A stretch of DNA of 34,222 nucleotides, from positions 1 to 34,222 of the forward strand of contig JBFFGP010000001.1 in the NCBI GenBank assembly GCA_041557435.1, given 5' to 3'. The stretch's first letter is position 1; the number at the start of each line of letters is the position of its first letter. This document shows positions 16,568 to 26,050 of this stretch, in pieces. The notes under the pieces were generated by a model. It was not told where the DNA came from. It searched no databases and saw only the letters and a program-made list of their open reading frames with translations. The DNA is from Candidatus Deferrimicrobiaceae bacterium. Lineage in GTDB: Bacteria > Desulfobacterota > Deferrimicrobia > Deferrimicrobiales > Deferrimicrobiaceae. Both the position numbers and the translations under genes were made by a program.

Positions 16568-17503
16568 GTGACCAGGCTCAAGCTGTTTACGGGCAACGCG
16601 AACATCGATCTGGCAAGGGAGATCTGCGCTTTTCTCTCCATCCCCCTGGGGACCGCGGTGGTGAAGCGGTTCAGCGACGGGGAGATCAACGTCGATATCG
16701 GAGAGAATGTCCGGGGAGCGGACGTGTTTATCTTGCAGCCGACCTGCCCCCCGGTAAACGATCACCTGGTCGAGCTCCTCATCCTCATGGACGCCCTGAA
16801 GCGCTCCTCCGCCAACCGCGTCACGGCGGTCATCCCCTACTACGGGTATGCGCGGCAGGATCGGAAGGTGCTCCCCCGCGCCCCGATCACCGCCAAGCTC
16901 GTGGCGGACCTGCTGACGGCGGCAGGCGTCTCGCGGGTTCTCACCATGGACCTCCACGCGGGACAGATCCAGGGGTTCTTCAACATCCCCGTCGACCATC
17001 TTTACGCCGCGCCCTTGATGCTCGAGTACATCAAGGAAAACTGGGACAACGACATCGTGATCGTATCCCCTGACGCGGGGGGAGTAGAGCGCGCGCGGGC
17101 CTTCGCCAAGAGGCTGAACGCCTCGCTGGCGATCATTGACAAGCGGCGGGGGAAGGCAAACGAATCCAAGGTGATGAACATCATCGGAAAGGTAGAGGGG
17201 AAATCCGCGATTGTCCTCGACGACATGGTGGACACGGCGGGGACGTTGGTCCAGGGAGCGGAAGCGCTGGTAGAAAGCGGAGCGAAGCGCGTGCTCGCAT
17301 GTGCCACCCATCCCGTCCTCTCGGGCCCGGCGATCCGGCGCCTGGAGAAGTCCGGGATCGAGCAGCTCGTGGTCACCAACACGATCCCCCTGGGGAATAA
17401 GGCGGCGTGCAAGAAGATTCAGGTCCTCTCGGTGGCGGCCCTTCTCGGGGAAGCCATCAAGCGGATCCATTCCAACGATTCCGTGAGTTCGCTTTTTGTG
17501 TAG
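16568..17503 (+). CDS. prs: Ribose-phosphate pyrophosphokinase
   Basis: KLFTGNAN...RFSDGE...[10 protein letters not shown]...[11 protein letters not shown]...[14 protein letters not shown] start. Confidence 0.95.
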   Translation: MTRLKLFTGNANIDLAREICAFLSIPLGTAVVKRFSDGEINVDIGENVRGADVFILQPTCPPVNDHLVELLILMDALKRSSANRVTAVIPYYGYARQDRKVLPRAPITAKLVADLLTAAGVSRVLTMDLHAGQIQGFFNIPVDHLYAAPLMLEYIKENWDNDIVIVSPDAGGVERARAFAKRLNASLAIIDKRRGKANESKVMNIIGKVEGKSAIVLDDMVDTAGTLVQGAEALVESGAKRVLACATHPVLSGPAIRRLEKSGIEQLVVTNTIPLGNKAACKKIQVLSVAALLGEAIKRIHSNDSVSSLFV

Positions 17504-17518
17504 CGGGAGGAGACCGAA

Positions 17519-18187
17519 ATGGCCATGATGGAGTTGACGGCGGTCCGGCGCCACGGATCCGGGAAAGAAAGCGCCCGGAAACTGTTTTCCCAGGGAAAGG
17601 TCCCGGGGGTCCTGTATGGGAAGGGGCTTGAGAGCCGCTCGATCGAGTTTAATCGCCGGGATCTGGAAAAGTTCCTGGGCATTGCCCGCCGCGGGGCTGT
17701 CGTTATCCGGATGAACGTGGAGGACGGGGCCGAGGCGAAGGAATCGTTTGTGGTTCTCAAGGAGGTCCAGACGAACCCCAAGACGGACCGGGTGATCCAC
17801 GTCGACTTCTACGAGGTTGCCTTCGGAAAGAAATTCCGCATCGAGGTTCCTGTACGCATAAAGGGAAAGGCGGCCGGGATCGAGCAGGGAGGCATCGTCG
17901 AGCAAGTGACCCGCAGCCTTGAGGTCGAGTGCCTGCCGGGCAACGTGCCGGAGTTTCTGGAGTTGGACGTTTCGCCGCTCGAGATCGGCCACTCCCTCCA
18001 CCTGGGGGACGTGAAATTCCCCGAGGGAGTCCAGCCGCTGGAGAAGGACATGACGGCCACCATCGTCTCCGTCCACGCTCCGAGAATCGAGGAAGAGGTC
18101 GTAAGCGTGGCGCCCGAAGAGGAAGCGGCGGAAGCGGCGGAAGCGGAAGGCGCAAGTGTGGCGGAGCCCGAGGAAAAGGAGAAGTAG
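17519..18187 (+). CDS. rplY: 50S ribosomal protein L25 / general stress protein Ctc (long form)
   Basis: L25/Ctc N-terminal and C-terminal beta domains (GKVPGVLYG..., HVDFYEV) plus an acidic Ala/Glu-rich tail. Confidence 0.9.
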   Translation: MAMMELTAVRRHGSGKESARKLFSQGKVPGVLYGKGLESRSIEFNRRDLEKFLGIARRGAVVIRMNVEDGAEAKESFVVLKEVQTNPKTDRVIHVDFYEVAFGKKFRIEVPVRIKGKAAGIEQGGIVEQVTRSLEVECLPGNVPEFLELDVSPLEIGHSLHLGDVKFPEGVQPLEKDMTATIVSVHAPRIEEEVVSVAPEEEAAEAAEAEGASVAEPEEKEK

Positions 18188-18785
18188 CCCCAGGCCTTCG
18201 CGTCTCGTGTTCGGGCTCGGGAACCCCGGGAGGCGCTATGCGGGCACGTTCCACAACGCTGGGTTCGCGGCGGTGGATCTCCTGGCGAAGTCCTCCGGGA
18301 TCCGGATCCGGTCCTTCGGGAAGGCCGCGTACGGAGTGGGGACGATGCACGGGGTGGAGATCCTCCTTGGAAAACCGGGAACGTTCATGAACGTAAGCGG
18401 CCAGGCCGTTGCCCCCGTCTACGGGAGGTTTGCGAGATCCCCCGAAGACCTCGTGGTTCTCCACGACGACCTCGACCTGGCATTGGGAGTCGTGAGGTTG
18501 AGACGCGGTGGGGGAACGGGGGGACACAACGGTCTCCGGTCGCTGTTCACGGAACTCGATACCCGGGAGTTCCTGCGGGTCCGCATCGGGATCGGCCGTC
18601 CCCCGGACGGGGTCGACCCGGCCGATTTCGTTCTCAGCCCGGTTCCCGGTGAGCTGCGGGCCCGATTCGAAGGAGGAGTCGCCTCTGCCGCAGAGGCCGT
18701 CGCGGACATCCTCCGCGGTGGGTTTGACAAAGCGATGACGCGCTGGAACGCGCGGCGCGCCGAACCCCTTCCCGAAAAAGCGTAG
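18156..18785 (+). CDS. pth: Peptidyl-tRNA hydrolase (start uncertain: ATG 18156 overlapping ctc by 32 nt, or GTG 18207)
   Basis: VFGLGNPG..Y..TFHNAGF...HDDLDL..G..R...GG.GGHNGL is the canonical Pth sequence. Confidence 0.9.
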   Translation: MWRSPRKRRSSPRPSRLVFGLGNPGRRYAGTFHNAGFAAVDLLAKSSGIRIRSFGKAAYGVGTMHGVEILLGKPGTFMNVSGQAVAPVYGRFARSPEDLVVLHDDLDLALGVVRLRRGGGTGGHNGLRSLFTELDTREFLRVRIGIGRPPDGVDPADFVLSPVPGELRARFEGGVASAAEAVADILRGGFDKAMTRWNARRAEPLPEKA

Positions 18786-18858
18786 GGAGGGGAACATACT
18801 CCTTGCTCCCGGCGGCCACGACCGGGGGCTCGATCAGCCGAAAGGAGGCATGGGCACG

Positions 18859-19257
18859 ATGACGAAGTACGAAACCGCCATTCTTTTCGATCCGGAACTC
18901 CCCGAGGACCGGCGCAAAGAGTTTCTTGCCAAGATCGAGGGTATCGTCACCTCGTTCGATGGGGAAATCCTCAAACAGGACGACTGGGGAATCCGGAAAC
19001 TTGCCTACCCGATCCACAAGAAGCAAAATGCATATTACACCTTCCTGATCTATTCCGGCAGACAAGGTGTGGTGGAGGAGGTAGAGCGAAACATCAAGAT
19101 ATACGACTCCGTCATGCGCCACATGACGTCTCGCGTGGATTTCGAGATCAAGCCGGCCGAGGAGGCGCCGGCTGCCGAGGAAGGCGCTTCCGACGCGGAG
19201 AGCGGCGGAGAAACTCCCGGGACCTCCCTGCCTGCGGACGAGACGCCCTCCGTGTAG
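18859..19257 (+). CDS. rpsF: 30S ribosomal protein S6
   Basis: MTKYETAILFDP...WGIRKLAYPI with an acidic C-terminal tail. AAAGGAGG is upstream. ATG 18859 is preferred over 18850. Confidence 0.92.
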   Translation: MTKYETAILFDPELPEDRRKEFLAKIEGIVTSFDGEILKQDDWGIRKLAYPIHKKQNAYYTFLIYSGRQGVVEEVERNIKIYDSVMRHMTSRVDFEIKPAEEAPAAEEGASDAESGGETPGTSLPADETPSV

Positions 19258-19272
19258 GGGGAAGGAGGACCG

Positions 19273-19674
19273 ATGGTCGCCTTCAACCGTGTGATTCTCG
19301 CAGGAAACCTTGTCCGTGACCCGGAGATCCGGTACCTCCCCTCCGGTCTGTCGGTGACCAGCTTTTCCATCGCGGTCAACTCGCGGTACCGGCAGAACAA
19401 TGAACTCAAGGAAGAGGTGTCATTTTTCGACATCGTCGTTTTCGGGAAGTTGGGGGAGACCTGTGCGGAGTATCTGTCCAAAGGGAGGCCGGTTCTCGTG
19501 GAGGGGCGCCTGCGGCAGCGCCGCTGGGAATCCGAAGGGGCAAAAAGGAGCAAGATCGAGATTGTAGCAGGAGGTGTCCAGTTTCTCGGGGGAGGGCCGA
19601 GGAGCGGGGCGACAGGCGAAAGCGACCAGGGCGGCCAAACATCGGACGTCCAGGAAGACGACATTCCGTTTTAA
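19273..19674 (+). CDS. ssb: Single-stranded DNA-binding protein
   Basis: OB fold NRVILAGNLVRDPEIRY...VEGRL..R.WE, a Gly-rich linker and the C-terminal DDIPF tip. Confidence 0.93.
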   Translation: MVAFNRVILAGNLVRDPEIRYLPSGLSVTSFSIAVNSRYRQNNELKEEVSFFDIVVFGKLGETCAEYLSKGRPVLVEGRLRQRRWESEGAKRSKIEIVAGGVQFLGGGPRSGATGESDQGGQTSDVQEDDIPF

Positions 19675-19704
19675 GGATCCTATACGAGAGGAGAAAGGAA
19701 AACG

Positions 19705-19998
19705 ATGAGCACCCCGACGAAACCGAGGTACGGTCCGGGGAGACCCGGGGGAGGGGCCGGAGGAGGCCCCAGAAGACGGTACGTCCGGAAGAAATTCTGC
19801 CGATTCTGCGCGGAGAAGGATCTCCGGATCGATTACAAGAACGTGTACATGCTCAAGCATTTCGTCTCCGAGCGGGGCAAGATCGTTCCCCGCAGGATTT
19901 CGGGGACGTGCGCGACCCATCAGCGCAAACTGACGGTGGAGATCAAAAAGGCCCGCATCGTGGCGTTGATTCCGTTTACGGCAACGCAGGTCAAGTAG
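19705..19998 (+). CDS. rpsR: 30S ribosomal protein S18
   Basis: FCRFC......[31 protein letters not shown]...IK.AR. Confidence 0.93.
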   Translation: MSTPTKPRYGPGRPGGGAGGGPRRRYVRKKFCRFCAEKDLRIDYKNVYMLKHFVSERGKIVPRRISGTCATHQRKLTVEIKKARIVALIPFTATQVK

Positions 19999-20008
19999 GG
20001 GGAGACCG

Positions 20009-20452
20009 ATGAAGGTGATCCTGCGCGAGGACATCGAAACTCTCGGAAAGGCAGGCGACATCGTGAAGGTCGCCGACGGCTACGGCCGGAACCATCTCAT
20101 CCCGAAGCAGCTGGCCGTCCGGGCCGACATGCGAAACCTCCGGGCTCTCGAGCACGACCGCCGCGTAATCGAGGCCCGTGCAAAGAAGGTCCGCAAGTCG
20201 GCGGAGGAACTGGGTGCAAAGCTTTCCTCCCTTTCCCTCACCATCCCCGCGAAGGCGGGGGAGGAGGGGAAGCTCTTCGGTGCGGTCACCTCGCGGGACA
20301 TCGCCCATGCGCTGGAGGCGGCGGGGGTTCCCGTCGACCGCAAGATGGTGCAGCTGCCCGAGCCGATCAAACAGGTCGGGGAATACAAGGTGAAAGTCAA
20401 GACGGGGGCGGATATCGTTCCCGAGGTCGCAGTAAGCGTAGTGGCGGAATAG
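20009..20452 (+). CDS. rplI: 50S ribosomal protein L9
   Basis: MKVILREDIETLGKAGDIVKVADGYGRNHLIP... Confidence 0.93.
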   Translation: MKVILREDIETLGKAGDIVKVADGYGRNHLIPKQLAVRADMRNLRALEHDRRVIEARAKKVRKSAEELGAKLSSLSLTIPAKAGEEGKLFGAVTSRDIAHALEAAGVPVDRKMVQLPEPIKQVGEYKVKVKTGADIVPEVAVSVVAE

Positions 20453-20480
20453 CGGCCATCCTCCGGGAGAAGGGGGCGAT

Positions 20481-23132
20481 ATGAGCGGTTCGCGGTTGAC
20501 GGCGCACGGAGCGGCGGATGCACCTCTCCTGAAGGTTCCTCCCCACAGTCTCGAGGCCGAGCAGGCCGTGCTCGCCTCGGTCCTTCTCAACAACGACCTG
20601 ATGAACGACGTTGTGGAGATCGTCAGGTCGGACGACTTTTATCAGGGCGCCCACAGGACGCTTTTCTCCACGATGGTGGAGCTTTACGAGCGCGGCCGCG
20701 CGATCGACCAGCTGACGCTTTCCGAGGCCCTGAACACCCGGGATGCGGCGAGCGAAGTTGGGGGGCTTTCCTACCTCTCCGAACTCATCCACAACATTCC
20801 CACCACCGCGAACGTCGCCGACTACGCACGGCTTGTCAAAGAGAAGGCGATTCTCCGGAAGATGATCGCCGTGGCCCAGCAAGTCACGAATTCCGCGTTC
20901 CAGGGGGTGGGCGAGGTCGACGACTTCCTCGACCAGACCGAGCAGGCGATTTTCGCGATCGCCGAGGAGAAGATCAAACCCTCCTACTACTCGATGGCGG
21001 AGATGGGCAAGGAAGCGATGCGGGAGATCGAGAAGCTTTACGAGAAGAAGGAGTTGATCACCGGCGTTCCCTCCGGCTTCCGCGATCTGGACCAGCTGAC
21101 AGCGGGGTTCCAGAAGTCCGACATGGTGGTCATCGCGGCCCGTCCCGGGATGGGAAAGACGGCCTTTTCCCTGAATGTTGCCCTCCACGCCGCCCTGCGC
21201 AACAGGCTCCCGGTCGCGATCTTCTCGCTGGAGATGAGCCGGCAGCAGCTCGCGCTTCGCATGATCTGTTCGGAGGCGCGGGTAAACTTCCAGCGGCTGC
21301 GGACAGGGTACCTGACCCAGGACGAGATCAACCGGATCGTGGCCTCCGTGGGCAGACTCTCCGAAGCGCAGATCTATTGCGACGACTCCGGTGCGCTGAC
21401 CGCCCTCGAGCTGCGTGCGAAGGCGCGCAGGCTGAAAAAGGACAAGGGCATCGGGATGGTCATCGTCGACTACCTCCAGCTCATGCGGGGGGCGACTTTG
21501 CGTGGCAGCCAGGACAACCGAGTCCAGGAGATCTCGGAGATCTCCCGGTCGCTCAAGGCCCTGGCCAAGGAAATCAACGTCCCGGTCCTCGCCATCTCCC
21601 AGCTCAACCGGGGTGTGGAGAGCAGGACCGACAAGCGGCCCCAGATGGCGGACCTGAGGGAATGCGTGACCGGCGATACGCTCGTGTTGACGACCGACGG
21701 AATGCGCACGCCGATCCGGGATCTGGTCGGCAAGGAAATCGATGTGTGGGCGATGTCTCCGGAAGGGCGGATCGTCCCGGCGAAGAGCGAATGCATATGG
21801 TCAGTGGGAACGAGGCCCGTGACGCGGGTCACCATGGCCAGCGGCCGCGTGATCCGCGCCACCGCCGACCACCGGCTGTACGGCGCTGAAGGGTGGGGTC
21901 GCGTATCCGATCTCAGGCCGGGCGACCGGATCGCAGTGGCGCGCCACGTGCCTGAGGCGAAGGACCCGATCCGGTGGCCGGAAGACCGGATCATCCTGCT
22001 GGCCCATCTCGTCGGCGACGGAAGTTATCTTAACGCGCAGTCTCTTCGGTATTCGACAGCTTCGGAACCGAACAGCCGCGCCGTCGAAGGGGCGGCCCGG
22101 AGAGAGTTCGGGGGGAAGGTGACGCGTTACCGCGGGCGTGGGAAGTGGCACCAGCTCTTCCTCGGCGGGAACGGCAACCGGTGGCATCCGGCAGGTGTGA
22201 ATCTCTGGCTGCGGGAATTGGGGATCTTCGGACAGCGGTCTCACGAGAAGCGACTCCCTTCCGATGTATTCCGGTTCGACGAAGAGCAGGTCGGATTGTT
22301 GTTGAGACATCTCTGGGCGACGGACGGGAGTATCTTCTGTCGCCGGGCCGGGTCCAAGGGATCGTCGCGGGTCTCCTTCAGCACTTCGAGCGAAGGACTC
22401 GCCTTCGACGTAGCGGCGCTGTTGCTGCGGCTCGGGATCGTGGCGAGGATCCGGGTCGTGCGCAAGGGGGACTACCGGCCTGTGTACACCGTAGATGTGT
22501 CCGGCTCCGATCAGCAGAAGCGGTTTCTCGAGACGGTGGGGGCCTTCGGGCCGCGCGTCGCTCCCGCGGACACGCTTTGGAAGGAACTGGCATTCATAGA
22601 GTCAAATCCCAACGTCGATACGTTGCCGAAAGAGGTTTTCCCCAAGGTGAAGGCAGCCATGGCTGACTGTGGGATATCGCATCGCGACTTGGCGGCGCTC
22701 CGGGGAACCGCGTATGGGGAGAGCGCGCAGCTCGCTTTCGCCCCATCGCGGACGTTACTGGCGGAGTACGCAAACCTCCTGGACGTCGATGCGCTGTGGC
22801 AAATGGCGTCAAGCGACCTTTTCTGGGACCGGGTCGTGGATCTTCGGCCGGACGGGGAGGAGGATGTCTTCGATCTTACCGTTCCGGGGCCTTCCTCTTG
22901 GCTGGCGGACGGTGTGGTTTCTCACAATTCGGGGGCGATTGAGCAGGATTCAGATTTGATCCTGTTCATTTACCGTGAGGAAATGTACAGCAAGGCGGAC
23001 ACCCCGGAGGAGAAGAAGGGGGTTGCCGAGATCATCATCGGGAAGCAGCGGAACGGCCCGATGGGCGTCGTTCCGCTCACCTTTCTTAACCAGTACACAC
23101 GTTTCGAGGACATGGCGCGGGACTACGATTAG
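20481..23132 (+). CDS. dnaB: Replicative DNA helicase DnaB, interrupted by an intein (461-aa extein sum)
   Basis: PHSLEAEQAVLASVL, Walker A ARPGMGKT, IVDYLQLM, ISQLNR, then ADLRE | intein | SGAIEQDSDLILFIYRE. Confidence 0.95.
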   Translation: MSGSRLTAHGAADAPLLKVPPHSLEAEQAVLASVLLNNDLMNDVVEIVRSDDFYQGAHRTLFSTMVELYERGRAIDQLTLSEALNTRDAASEVGGLSYLSELIHNIPTTANVADYARLVKEKAILRKMIAVAQQVTNSAFQGVGEVDDFLDQTEQAIFAIAEEKIKPSYYSMAEMGKEAMREIEKLYEKKELITGVPSGFRDLDQLTAGFQKSDMVVIAARPGMGKTAFSLNVALHAALRNRLPVAIFSLEMSRQQLALRMICSEARVNFQRLRTGYLTQDEINRIVASVGRLSEAQIYCDDSGALTALELRAKARRLKKDKGIGMVIVDYLQLMRGATLRGSQDNRVQEISEISRSLKALAKEINVPVLAISQLNRGVESRTDKRPQMADLRECVTGDTLVLTTDGMRTPIRDLVGKEIDVWAMSPEGRIVPAKSECIWSVGTRPVTRVTMASGRVIRATADHRLYGAEGWGRVSDLRPGDRIAVARHVPEAKDPIRWPEDRIILLAHLVGDGSYLNAQSLRYSTASEPNSRAVEGAARREFGGKVTRYRGRGKWHQLFLGGNGNRWHPAGVNLWLRELGIFGQRSHEKRLPSDVFRFDEEQVGLLLRHLWATDGSIFCRRAGSKGSSRVSFSTSSEGLAFDVAALLLRLGIVARIRVVRKGDYRPVYTVDVSGSDQQKRFLETVGAFGPRVAPADTLWKELAFIESNPNVDTLPKEVFPKVKAAMADCGISHRDLAALRGTAYGESAQLAFAPSRTLLAEYANLLDVDALWQMASSDLFWDRVVDLRPDGEEDVFDLTVPGPSSWLADGVVSHNSGAIEQDSDLILFIYREEMYSKADTPEEKKGVAEIIIGKQRNGPMGVVPLTFLNQYTRFEDMARDYD
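21663..22928 (+). mobile_element. Class-1 intein with LAGLIDADG homing-endonuclease domain (422 aa) in dnaB
   Basis: Starts at Cys (CVTGDTLVL, block A). TxxH block B (ATADHRL). LAGLIDADG motifs LLAHLVGDGSY and LLRHLWATDGSI. Terminal VVSHN is followed by +1 Ser. Removing it restores the conserved DnaB motif RESGAIEQDSD. Confidence 0.9.
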
Positions 23133-23310
23133 CTTGATTCTCTCCCCCGGCATGCGGGGACGCTCTTCCCCGAACAGTAATTCCCCGGGCCGGGATCCTG
23201 GGAAAGCGCAGATCCCGGCGCGATTCCCTTCCTCGGCTCGTCTCGTTGCTTTTCGAAGGATATGCTGATTCGTGCGGGAGGAGATCTCCTGCGGAAGAGG
23301 GGGAATCCTC

Positions 23311-24000
23311 ATGAGGGGTAGCGTGAAGAGAAGAATCGGCTGGGTGGCCATCTTCGGGGCAGTCCTCCTTCTCTTCGGGATCGGGTTCCCGGCTCCCGGA
23401 CCATTCGCGGTCGCCGGTTTGGATGCGGGAGAGAAAGGTGTCTCCGCTGCGCAGGGAGCCGCGGTGGAAGGGCCGCCCGGGAGTCTGCCCGAGGGCACAA
23501 GGGTACCCCCCGAGCGGATGTTAGGACTTCCCGGACTCACCCACGTGGGGAGGGTGGCCACCGGGATCTACCGGGGGGCCATGCCCCGGCCGGAAGGGTA
23601 CGCGACGCTGGCGAAAATGGGCGTACGGTCGGTGATCAATCTCCGGTCCCGCAACGAGGAAAAGGAGCAGGTCGAAGTGCACGGCATGCGCTCCTTCGGA
23701 GTGCCGATGAGCACCTTTGGCGATGTGAACCCGGAGATGGTTCGAAAAGCGGTGGCGCTGATGGCGGATCCGGCGAACCAGCCCGTTTTTGTGCATTGCC
23801 GGCAAGGGCGGGACCGCACCGGGGTGGTCGTCGCGGTGTACCGGATGGAGATCGACGGGTGGTCCCCGAAGGAGGCGGAGGAGGAAATGCAGGCGTACGG
23901 ATTCCACGACGTGTGGTTCCGGATGAAATCCTTCGTACGCGGATACCGGCCGGGGAGCGGGACAGGCAGGAGGCCCAAGAAAGGGGAACGGGAGGAATGA
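23311..24000 (+). CDS. Secreted or anchored Cys-based (CX5R) phosphatase, PTP/dual-specificity-like
   Basis: N-terminal signal-like segment RRIGWVAIFGAVLLLFGIGF. Active-site loop VHCRQGRDRTG. ATG 23311 follows GAAGAGGGGGA. Confidence 0.7.
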   Translation: MRGSVKRRIGWVAIFGAVLLLFGIGFPAPGPFAVAGLDAGEKGVSAAQGAAVEGPPGSLPEGTRVPPERMLGLPGLTHVGRVATGIYRGAMPRPEGYATLAKMGVRSVINLRSRNEEKEQVEVHGMRSFGVPMSTFGDVNPEMVRKAVALMADPANQPVFVHCRQGRDRTGVVVAVYRMEIDGWSPKEAEEEMQAYGFHDVWFRMKSFVRGYRPGSGTGRRPKKGEREE

Positions 24001-25157
24001 AAACGGTTGCGCAGGGAAAAGGTTCCGTGCTGGTCCTGTCCGCCGCCTCCGGCGCGGGCCACGTCCGGGCCGCCGAGGCGCTCGTCCTGGCCTTCGGGGC
24101 GGCGGGCCGCCCGGCGCGCCATGTGGAGGTTCTCGAATATACGAACCCCCTCTTCCGAAAGATCTATACCGATCTGTACGTGGAGCTGGTCAACCGGCGG
24201 CCCCACCTCCTCGGCCTGCTCTACGACGCACTGGACCGCCCGTGGGGATTCCAGAAGCGGCGCCTTGCCCTGGACCGGCTCAACATGCGTCCTCTCGTCC
24301 GCCTCCTGAAGGGGGAAAACCCCTCCCTTGCCGTATGCACCCATTTTCTTCCCGCGGAGATTCTCGTCCACTTGCGCAGGAAGAAAATCCTGGAGGTACC
24401 GATCGGCGTCGTCGTGACCGATATCGACGCCCACGCGATGTGGCTGTATCGGGGCGTGGACTGGTACTTCGTCGCCCGTGAGGAGACGAAGGTCCACCTG
24501 TCGGAACTGGGAATCCCGCCGGAGACGATTCACGTGACCGGCATTCCCATCGACCCCGCCTTCGCGGCGCGGAAGCCGAAGAGGAAGGCCCGCCTGAGCC
24601 TCGGTCTCGATCCGGACCGGACCACCGTTCTCGTTTCGGCGGGGGGGTTTGGTGTCGGACCGGTGGAGTCTCTCGTCCGGTCTCTCCAGAGGGTGAATCA
24701 TCCCCTCCAGGTGGCTGTCATCTGCGGCAGGAACGAACAGCTTGTCAGGCGCCTGGCGTCGTTCGGGGACGGTGTGCATCCGATGCGGGTGGTCGGATAC
24801 ACGACCGAGATGGACACCTGGATGGCCGCTTCGGACCTTCTTGTGGGGAAGGCGGGGGGACTTACCAGTTCCGAGGCCCTGGCGCGCGGGCTCGTTCTCG
24901 TCATCGTCAATCCCATTCCCGGGCAGGAGGAGAGGAACAGCGACCATCTCCTGGAGGACGGGGTGGCCATCCGGTGCAACAATCTTCCCGCACTGGCTTA
25001 TAAGATAGACACGCTTCTCGGGGACAGGGAAAGGTACATGAGGATGCGGAAAGCGGCCGTTCGCGCGGGAAGGCCGAATGCCGCGAGGGACGTCGTCTCC
25101 CTCATGTCCGGATCGGGGAAAATATCACGGGGATCCCAAACCGACGATGCGTCGTAA
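23997..25157 (+). CDS. MGDG-synthase / UgtP-type diacylglycerol glycosyltransferase (GT28-like)
   Basis: N-terminal VLVLSAASGAGHVRAAEAL, a MGDG_synth-like N-domain, and C-terminal GKAGGLTSSEALA......PIPGQEE.N. The start overlaps the phosphatase stop (ATGA at 23997-24000). Confidence 0.78.
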   Translation: MKTVAQGKGSVLVLSAASGAGHVRAAEALVLAFGAAGRPARHVEVLEYTNPLFRKIYTDLYVELVNRRPHLLGLLYDALDRPWGFQKRRLALDRLNMRPLVRLLKGENPSLAVCTHFLPAEILVHLRRKKILEVPIGVVVTDIDAHAMWLYRGVDWYFVAREETKVHLSELGIPPETIHVTGIPIDPAFAARKPKRKARLSLGLDPDRTTVLVSAGGFGVGPVESLVRSLQRVNHPLQVAVICGRNEQLVRRLASFGDGVHPMRVVGYTTEMDTWMAASDLLVGKAGGLTSSEALARGLVLVIVNPIPGQEERNSDHLLEDGVAIRCNNLPALAYKIDTLLGDRERYMRMRKAAVRAGRPNAARDVVSLMSGSGKISRGSQTDDAS

Positions 25158-25207
25158 ATCGTTTCCCTCAACGCGTCTCGCGCACCGCCCGTTCCCCCGC
25201 CTAGGGG

Positions 25208-26050
25208 TTATGACGGTCGCCGTACGGAATCCCGCGCCGGAAGGTAACCCCTGTTCGGAGCGTACAGTGTCCATCGACCTTCCGCGGAGGGGAACCCCGC
25301 CGCGACATGAAGCTCCAGTATTGTCTTGGCGGTCCTCACCGCTTCCAGGAGAGGATCTCCGGCTGCGAGGCGGGCGGCGATTCCCGCCGCAAGGGCGCAT
25401 CCGGTGCCGTGGGGATTGCGCCGGGGGAACGCCTTCCCCCTTGCCAGAAGCGTGACCCTTCCCTCCTCGTAGAGGACATCGACGCCCCGTTTCCCCGGCC
25501 AGGGGAAGTGCCCCCCCGTAAGGACTACGGATGCCCCCGACGCGTGGGAGAGGTCCCGGGACGCGACGATGGCATCCCGGAATCCCGCGACGCTTCGGTG
25601 GAGGATCTTCTCGATCTCCGGGAGGTTGGGCGTGAGAACCGTTGCAAGACCCAGAAGTTTCCGGTAGGCAGGCAGGGCGCTCCTCGCGAGGAGAGGCGTC
25701 CCGGTGGAGGAACGGAGCACCGGGTCCAGAACGACCGGCATTCCCCTGCGACTTGCGAGGAAGCGGAGCAGGCTTTCCGCAGCCGCCCGGGTACCGACCA
25801 TCCCGATCTTGACGGCCCGGAGGGGAAAACTTTTTGCGGCGCAGGAGAGCGACCTCTCCAGGGCGATCCGCGGCAGGGGAACGATCCGGTCGAAGGAGGT
25901 CGTGGTCTGGATCGCGAGGCAGGAAGGTACGGCAACTGCGTACCCGCCCGCCGCGTCCACCGCCCTGGCATCCATCAGAACGCCGGCCCCCCCGGTGGGG
26001 TCGAACCCCCCGAAGGCGAGGATCACCGCCGGTCTTTTTCCTCTTCCCAT
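25208..26050 (-). CDS. thiD: Hydroxymethylpyrimidine/phosphomethylpyrimidine kinase
   Basis: FGGFDPTGGAGVLMD...KIGMV...LDPVL...TPN..E...HGTGCALAAGIAA. Start is ATG at 26050. The upstream 122 codons of the track ORF are rejected. Confidence 0.87.
   Translation of the reverse strand: MGRGKRPAVILAFGGFDPTGGAGVLMDARAVDAAGGYAVAVPSCLAIQTTTSFDRIVPLPRIALERSLSCAAKSFPLRAVKIGMVGTRAAAESLLRFLASRRGMPVVLDPVLRSSTGTPLLARSALPAYRKLLGLATVLTPNLPEIEKILHRSVAGFRDAIVASRDLSHASGASVVLTGGHFPWPGKRGVDVLYEEGRVTLLARGKAFPRRNPHGTGCALAAGIAARLAAGDPLLEAVRTAKTILELHVAAGFPSAEGRWTLYAPNRGYLPARDSVRRPS

Noticed and set aside
23145-23160. Short hairpin CCCCG-gcatg-CGGGG after dnaB as a terminator
   Set aside because: The stem is only 5 bp with no U-tract, which is too weak to call.
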